Shown here: in pieces, positions 43,467 through 64,000 of the stretch
Layout of the letters: each line of letters opens with the position of its first letter
How positions within the stretch are numbered: the first letter of the stretch is position 1
Source: Amoebidium appalachense
Taxonomy: Eukaryota > Protista > Ichthyosporea
Direction: 5' to 3'
Length of the DNA: 64,000 bases
Assembly (NCBI GenBank): GCA_963693365.1
Contig: CAVNZM010000017.1
Location: forward strand, 5,384,708-5,448,707
The notes under the pieces: model-generated
What the model was told of the DNA's origin: nothing
Databases searched by the model: none
Seen by the model: only the letters and a program-made list of their open reading frames with translations
Program-made: the position numbers and the translations under genes

Positions 43467-43925
43467 CCCAGTAGAAAGTTTCCAAATGCCATGATAAGGT
43501 ATGGAGGCTCTGACATGCCGACAAGTTAGGTCTGTTAAGTGTGGACTGCGACAGTCGCGGGTGTGAGTCTGGTTTAACTAGGCTATTTAGCTAGAATTGA
43601 TATTAGGTGCTTGTTTGGCTACACATATTCTTGTTGCATTATGCAAACATTAGAAATATGGTCAATTAGCGCGGTTTGGGATTTTTATCAGCTAAGGTAG
43701 AGTTGCAGTAGGACATGCTTATATGTTCAAAGGTGCACACTGACAACCAAACCGTTGGAGGTTTGGATAACGACCGTTAATACATGAGGAACGGTTATGT
43801 ATTAGTTTCTGCCTCCCGGGCTCTCACGTTCACACACACTGCAAAGCCCCGGTACATGCACAGGAGACTTCGATGTGTTCTTCCCTTCCCCCACCCCCCC
43901 AGCGGCCCCCCCTCCTCCCCCCCCC

Positions 43926-43965
<40 letters not shown>

Positions 43966-43974
43966 GTCACATAT

Positions 43975-44012
<38 letters not shown>

Positions 44013-44682
44013 CAGCTGGCCGGGGTGCAACACTGCAGCCCAAGAGGCTTTTTCTTTTTGGAGGATTACTGATAAGTACACGGTATTGCCCTGTACATGA
44101 ACCCCCCCGGGCCCGGGGCCGGGAGCCCCTCCCATTCTGTACCATGATGAATTGTACCTGGGGGTGTGTTTGGACCTCACTTGCGCATGCCTCATACTTT
44201 GAGGCTGAGCAACTTACTGTACATAGGTAAAACATCGCTTGAAGTTCCCATCCCCCCGTCCCCCTCTCCCCCATCCCCCTCTCCCCCCCCCCCCCCCCTC
44301 CCCCCTACCCCCCCCCACCCCACACCCTACCCACTCTTAAGCGCCACACCATTACAAAAACACATGTACACACAAACACACACGCGCGGGCACACACACA
44401 AACGCGGGCACACACACAAACACGCGCGCGCACACACACACATCGCACGCACGCACACGCACACATCGCACGCACGCACGCATACACATGCAAACAAACA
44501 CACACAAACACACACATAGTTGCCAACCCTTTTCCTTAGATAAACGCAAGTGAAAGCATTGACCGCCGATCACCCAAATGCAAAGCCACTCCAGATTTTC
44601 ACTCAACCCGTTTTCTTCTCATAATATTTCTAATGTTTCTCGGCTTTTTGTTTATCCTGCACCCCCCCCCCCCCCCCCCCCC

Positions 44683-44734
<52 letters not shown>

Positions 44735-45374
44735 ACGCGCGCATGAGTGAGTGTGTGTACACGCGCGTGAGCGTGTGCCAGGCAGTGCATGTAAAAATGG
44801 GGCCCGTGTACTTAAATGGGTGTCCGGTGATTTGTGAACATAGATCTAGAGGGAGAAAGGGTTTGACATTCGCATTTGCATTCAACGTGATGATATTTAT
44901 ATTTATGAGGGTGCAGGTGCAAATTGCGCCAGGTTTGTGTGTGTGTGTGTGTGTGTGTGTGCCCGCGTGCAGGTACGTGTGTGTGTGTGTGTGCGTGCGT
45001 GTACGTGTGTGTACGTAACGGCGTGTGTGTGTGTGTCACGCTGTTTGCGAATGTGTGTGTCGGTGTGTGCGTGTGTGTGTGCTTGTGTGTGCACGTGTAC
45101 GGCCACGTGTGTACGTGGTACGTGTCGGCTCGTGCATATGCAAAGAGTCAGGTTTGTGTATGCTTGCGGGTGTGCCCGGAAATGAGCAAGCAGGGCCGGT
45201 TCAGGGGGAGGATGGCCGGAGGGCCTGAGAAAGTACCATAGATGATAGTCTGTACACGTGTAGGCGCAAATGTTTGCTAGTGGGAGATAGAGATATTTCT
45301 TTAGAAAACGAAAGTAGGAATATAAGCCTCAGGATTGCGTGTAATAAATTTGCCTTTGGTGCGTATTCCTTGGG

Positions 45375-45408
<34 letters not shown>

Positions 45409-45501
45409 GGGGGGGGGAGGGGGGGGGGAGGGGGGGGGCCTGTCCGGCATGGTCAGAATGCCTGACTTTACTCACAGAGTGGCACGAATTCATCTAGGCC
45501 G
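44013..45501 (-). CDS. Putative internal exons of an unidentified gene
   Basis: Phase-consistent GT-AG chain 45476-45501, 45122-45249, 44812-44845, 44158-44216, 44013-44090: [108 protein letters not shown]. No start or stop identified, no family recognised. Confidence 0.3.
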
Positions 45502-45561
45502 CTGCATGCGAACAAAGTGAGGGTGCACGGAGGGAGGAGAGGGAGGGAAGAGGGGAGGTGT

Positions 45562-45607
<46 letters not shown>

Positions 45608-46363
45608 GGTTGGGGCGGCCGGATGAAGAGAGGGGAAGGGGAGGAGGGGGGGGGGGGGAGGGGGGGGGGGGAGGGGGGTTGATCCTGTGTTGGTGGAGGA
45701 CAACAACTTTTCTGGTTGTTATTTGCAATGAGTAAGATGCACATATTCGTAGCAGTAGTTTTTTTTTGAAAAAGCAAACAAAAAAGTAAGAATATCGCAG
45801 AAAAAAAATGCATTAACCAATTAATCGCACACGATCAGGATCTGATTGATTAGCCATATATGGAAATTTTTGCGGGACATTTTTGCGCGAAAAAAAAAAA
45901 AAGGCTTTATTAAAAAAAAACCAAAACCATGGGATGTGTTGCACATGTATATGCAAAAAGCCTAGCCTCAACTTCACAGCTCTAGAACAACCATGGTCAC
46001 ATCGGCAAGACTCGTGTGCGGCTCTCGAGTCATACTGTTTGCTCATAAGGGTTCCACCACAATACACACCAGCTATATAACATGAGCGTAGAATATATTC
46101 ATGCAGACTGAATCGCACAAGTCAAAACGAAAATGTTAGATAGCCAGGATATATCCTGCAACTGCCAGCTCGAAACTTCACAGGACATGCTATTCACTCC
46201 GCCCAGTCTGACAGCGCGCGCCCGTGTGTGTGTGTGTAGGTGTGCGCGTGTGTGTGCGGGCCGAGATGGAGAGAGAGAATGGGAGGGAGGGATGCAGGAG
46301 AAAGAGGGGGGGGGGGGAGGGGGGAGGGGGGGAGGGGGGAGAGAGAGAGAGATTCTGAGAGAG

Positions 46364-46417
<54 letters not shown>

Positions 46418-46890
46418 CGTGTGCGTGTGCGCGTGCGCGTCCGTGGAAAATGTGTAACTGTATGTGCTTATTATGATAAGCCTGCGTGGACCCACGTACA
46501 CGAACTCCTCTAAACGAACTTTCCCCTTCCCTCATATCCTACTCATGTATGTATGTACACTTAAGTGACTCTGTCTAGAAATACACACCAAGCGCACGTA
46601 GTCAGAGGTGACACGCACACACACACGCACACACACACACACACATGTACATACATATCATACTAGCGCATGCTCCATCCATGCACAACCCCCCCCCCCC
46701 CCCCCCGCCCCGCCCCCCCCACCCCACCCCCTCCCCCCTCCCCCTACTCAACCACGACATACACAGTGCAACCCAGGAAAAGTGGCTCTCCCTAGCCTCC
46801 TCCCAACCACATACATATCAGTGATACATTCAAGTCTTCGCAAACACCTTAAATTTCAAATTCTGATACTAAAGCTACATTCTCAACTAC

Positions 46891-58826
<11,936 letters not shown>

Positions 58827-59628
58827 GTTCTCACAATGGTCCCTGCGTGGATGTTTAGCTTGTGTAGGCTATATTACATGCAAGTCCCGGCAACAAGAGA
58901 TTTCCAGACTAAGGTCTTAGCAAGATCCAAGGGTGCTTTTAGTAGTTAAGTGACGTGAAGTCTTGGAGAGGCTACGCAAATAACAACCTTGCAATAGTGT
59001 TGAAAAAGACAACGTTATACGTGCACGTGTAAGCACAGGGGTTCCAGCAAAACCTCCTTCCTCCCTTAAAACAAAGCGGTCGATGTTACGGTTTGAAGCA
59101 CAAAGTGTCACCTTTGTTGGATCCAAGAAAGAAAAAAGAGGTCAACTTGAAAACTTTCCGAATGGCTCACGAATATTTGCGCAAACTTGCGATATGCCGC
59201 GACTCTGACTGAGCCACACTCGAGCTCCCATCTCTACTTCTCTGTTTCGGTTTGAACTGAAGTTGTTGAGATCCACCCATGTGTACAGTATACAGTGCAT
59301 ACACATGTATACAGCAACAAAATGTATTGCAAGTTAATCAGGGGCTGTGTCAGGCCCCCATACACGCTACTGGCCCGTACATGACCACAGTAGGTTGCCG
59401 GGGTGAGTTGCTTTGCAAAGTAAGATACACGCTTATGTATAGTATGTACCGTATATGCACTGCTACTAGTCGACTGGACTTGTGCCGCCTATATATGGCC
59501 CGGGGAGAGGAGGGAAGGGTGGGTTGTAATACAGACCACACGAAGTTTGCTGAAAATTCACCTTTGGGATTTTTTTTTTTTTTTTTTTTTCGGGAGGGGG
59601 AGGGGGGGGGGAGAGGGCCGCTAAGGCC

Positions 59629-59674
<46 letters not shown>

Positions 59675-60030
59675 TAACTTCAACTGTTCAAATTCGCCTG
59701 GTCAAACTGTCAAACTGTTGACCGTATGATAATTAAAGTGCATTCTTTCATCAAAGCCCCCACATGCCGAAGCGGAAAAGGGAGGTTACAGAGGAGGAAG
59801 GGAAACGGGGGGGGGGGGGGGGGGGGGGGGGGGTAGAAACGAAGAAGTTAGAGATAAAGATTGAGAACCGTTTAGGAAAACAATCATAGAAGTGTGTTTT
59901 ACTTTTTTTAAAAAAAAAAGATTCACTTGCAAGGTGTTGGAAACTGAGATCATCCCCTGAGGCTAGTCTATGGAAGCTGGAAGAAAATTGAGATAAAAAG
60001 GATATTGGTCGTGATGGTGGTGGTGGTGGT

Positions 60031-60125
<95 letters not shown>

Positions 60126-61695
60126 CTGTGAAGTTCTAGGTACATTTGTAATATAACAAGAGTGTCTTATTGGGCTTCTCGTGATAAAACGGGCAGGAGA
60201 GTTTGTTTGGTTTCCAATAAAAGACGAGAGCCACTATGCCGACAGTTCGCCTTTTGCGTGTCTCTCCGGGTGGTTCCTATGGACGCCAGCACCGGACGAA
60301 GGGAGCCTGCTAGGCTTGAACGACCCGGAAAGCCTAGTTTATCATCTTTCATTCAGGTTTCCTTGTTTCCTTTATATTTTCTTTTCTTTTTCTTTTCTTT
60401 TCTTCTTCTTTTTTTTTTTTTTTTTTTTTGAAGTGGGGGGGGGGGGGGGGGGGGGGGGGGGGTGCATGTGCGTGTTGTGTGTGTATTTGTGTGTGTGTGT
60501 GTGTGTGTGGTGTGTGTGTGTTTGTGTGTGTGTGTTTGTTTGTGTGTGTGTGTGTGTGTGTGTGTGCGTGCGCATTGGTGTGTGTGGCCCATGTCATGAT
60601 GAGCCATGGTCCACTTAAAACCTCAAGTTAAAAAAAAAAAAGAGAGAAAAAAGAAAAAAGGAGGGTGGTGTTGGTGAACATGGTATTGCTAGTATTTTGA
60701 GTGTGCATCTTTTCTTTTAACTTTTTTTGGAGGGAGGGGGAGGGGGGGGGGAGGGGGGGGGGGGATGGGGCAGTGAATGCCGAAAATTTCCCGACCTCTT
60801 GGGGAAGGGGGGAGGGGGGGGGAGGGGGGCGCCAAGTAGAGCCTGCTAAAGTGAACATGTAAGTTGACAAGAACACATGTGTGTGTTATGCTAGAACATA
60901 CAGGCATTTCAGACGCATTATATGTTTTCTGTCATTTATTCTTCTGATTGGCAACCAACTTCAATTACACTTGTACAAAGCACACAAATCCAAACCGTTT
61001 GAATGTTTGTTCATATTTTCATTTCAAATATGTGTACATGGGTGGTACATTTCGAATAAATACCAATCACACTGAGACCGTTGAAATACTTTTGTATAAC
61101 CAAATCAATGATACACCTTAAATACTAATCATAAGTAAAAGGCCATGAAAAACTCAAACAAAATCAAATACCCGATTAAAATCTTTGGACGAAAAGACAA
61201 CCCCACTCTCAGTGCGACTTGGGCACATTAAAGATAAGTATAGGAATGATGAAGGGCTTTGTAATATATAGACCAAACATAAAACAAGATGATAAATAAG
61301 GAAAATCACGTACCACAGAGAAACATATCATTTAATGTCCTTCTCTGTCTCTTCCCTTCAAGCAGCACTGAACGGCTTCTTTTTTGTGCTGCCCTTGTTT
61401 TGAAGATACCACAGACGAGTCAGTACAGGTAGATGATAGCAAAGAAAAAAAAAAATTTTTTGAAAACAAAACCCTCGAACACACTTGACAATAACAGACA
61501 ATAACAATAAAGACGAAACTTTGCACGTGTACAATAATACATGCACGTTCACGGCCCCTTACGGCATGGCCCGTGTACTACGTACATAGGGCCCCTGTGG
61601 GCCGGTGTGAAGCCTCCTGTGTGTGTGTTTGCATGTGTACAGCACGTGTAGGGCCGTGTATATGCGCTAATATGGCCCAGAGTACACCCCCCCCC

Positions 61696-61743
<48 letters not shown>

Positions 61744-61877
61744 TTACCCAACCGGAGAGAGGGTCAGGTATGGGCAGACCTACAGATATTTGTGCACACC
61801 GAAGTAAAGGGCGGGGGGAGGGGGAGAGAGAGGGGGGGGGGGGAGGGGGGGGGGGGGGAGAGGGGGGGGGGGGGGGG

Positions 61878-61929
<52 letters not shown>

Positions 61930-61961
61930 GGAGAGAGGGGGGGGGGAGGGAGGGAGGGAGG

Positions 61962-62027
<66 letters not shown>

Positions 62028-62243
62028 AGAGAGAGGAGAGAGAGAGAGGGGGGTGGAGGGGGGAATACGGGGAGGGGGGGGGGGTGGAGGGGGGAGGGGG
62101 GAGGGGGGGAAAGGAGTAAGAAAAAGGAGAAAGACACAAAGGAAGAAACAGAACACGAACACTAACAAACTTAAATACTGAGCACACACTTCAAAGCTCT
62201 TGCTGTCAGACGTACCTTCTAATATTGGTGGTATGTATTCCAA

Positions 62244-62339
<96 letters not shown>

Positions 62340-63301
62340 CACATGCACACACACGCTGCTCTTAATGTTCATGTTAAGCACAAACGGTCGAACACATTGT
62401 TCCCGTTCCTCTCTGGCTCACAACCAAACTTAATAAAAGACAATTTACATATATGCACAATTGCAACTTAGTCGATGGACCCCCCCCCCTCCCCTTGCCC
62501 CCAGGGAAGGGGGGGGGGGGGGTTCAACTGTGCAACAACCAGTCACTTATGTATATCTGAGCATAATCTTTTTATTTGCCGGTGGTGTGTCTTGCTGGTA
62601 CACTTGTTGTGTTGGTCGGTGCTGCCATGGGGCCCCGGGTTTCCTTAGCCAAGAAAAAGGGGACAACAAGACCACTATGGTTTATGTGCTGCGTTCAACC
62701 TTCGGATTTGTGCATACAGATACACGCGCTATATACATGCTGTGAAATATGTTCTTAGATATATCCATTTTGTTATACAAAAGGGCACCCAGTCACACAG
62801 GTGTGCTTCCACGTGACCTTCTAACTTACTCAGAGGCGTGTTCCGTGCAGATAAAGTTTTATCAGGGCAGTGGCCCATCCTCGCAAAGAAACCCCATAAG
62901 TTCTTCTCCCCAGGGGTTTGCCACCCCCCCCCCCCTCCAAATTCACAGTTGCAAGGTGTAGTTTCCCACCTCCTGCACGGCCACCTGGTGCGTGAAGTTC
63001 CCGACCTGTGCATTTAATTTGTTTTGTTTGTTTTGTTATTTCAAGTTTCAATGATTCCGGTTTTGCCGGGGGAGAAAAGGGCTGTGGTGGTGGTGGTGGT
63101 GGGGGGGGGGGGGGGGGGGGGGGGGGAGGGAGGGAGGGGGGAGGGGGGGGGTGAGGGGGGGAGTGAGGGGGAGGGGGGAGATTGGGGTTAGCATTGGGGC
63201 TGAGCAAGGTGTACAGGCAACACGATTTTGACTTCTTTTTTGGGGGGGGGAAGAGGGGGTGGGTAGATGTGCCAACGGTGTGTATGTGTGTGTGCGTATG
63301 T

Positions 63302-63357
<56 letters not shown>

Positions 63358-63814
63358 AGGCATAAACACACCTGCTTTCCCCTTGTAGACAAATACCAGC
63401 TACATGATATGGGATATACCAACACATCGCACCACAACAAGCCCCACAGCCCCATGGCTACCACAGTACGTTAGACCCCCGCCCCCCTCACCAAACAGGG
63501 GAGATTTCGTAACTGAACCCAACTAGTTTTTGAGCTCTTTAAAATTTAGCACAAGCCCCCCTGCTAGATTGTTGTTAAGTTATTTAGTCCCATCGTCCTG
63601 CCATGTCTGTTTGACGGGCTCAATCTAGAAAGCAGGAATTGTTATTATCATAGTATTCTCGTGGGGCCGGTACCCACCAAAAGGCACTGAGTGCTGAATG
63701 TGACCTCTAAAAAGGTTCAATTCACTGAGGGGTGGGGTGTATGTATGTGTGCGCGTGCGTGCTCGCACGAGCGGGGTTGTGTGTGCAGGTGTGTGTGTGT
63801 GTGTGTGTGTGTGT

Positions 63815-63906
<92 letters not shown>

Positions 63907-63928
63907 CAGTGTGTGCATGTGCAGGTGC

Positions 63929-64000
<72 letters not shown>

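Noticed and set aside
60140-63460. Possible exons of another gene at the right end (e.g. minus-strand LVFVYKGKA, EGTSDSKSFE; ORF 60167-60352)
   Set aside because: Fragments are short, several frames are equally possible and no homology was recognised.

Overview
Eukaryotic genomic DNA, not prokaryotic: intron-rich genes with GT-AG introns full of poly-C/poly-G tracts and (CA)/(GT) microsatellites. Nearly all ORFs in the supplied track are translations of these simple repeats. I reconstructed four spliced genes by hand, with consistent intron phases: ASCC3 helicase (minus, 5' part, runs off the left edge), mitochondrial aspartyl-tRNA synthetase DARS2 (plus, head-to-head with ASCC3), RPL32 (minus) and gamma-SNAP/NAPG (minus, with one frameshift in a G-run). 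There is also an intronic tRNA-Gln(TTG), a small gene that starts with a histone H3 tail mimic (MTRTKQTARR), exons of an unidentified minus-strand gene, and at least six families of short TIR elements (MITEs). Protein similarity to animal orthologues suggests an opisthokont, possibly a unicellular holozoan (inference, not determined). Most interesting signals: (1) an apparent unusual splicing code, with weak donors followed directly by sense-strand poly-C and many acceptors preceded by (CA)n instead of a pyrimidine tract; (2) an intronic repeat family bounded by C-tracts (about 14 copies, almost all sense to the host gene) whose long form has a covarying, pseudoknot-like RNA structure with hammerhead-like motifs; (3) repeated tandem duplication of splice sites; (4) the H3-mimic protein. 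Coordinates were read by eye and may be off by a few bases.
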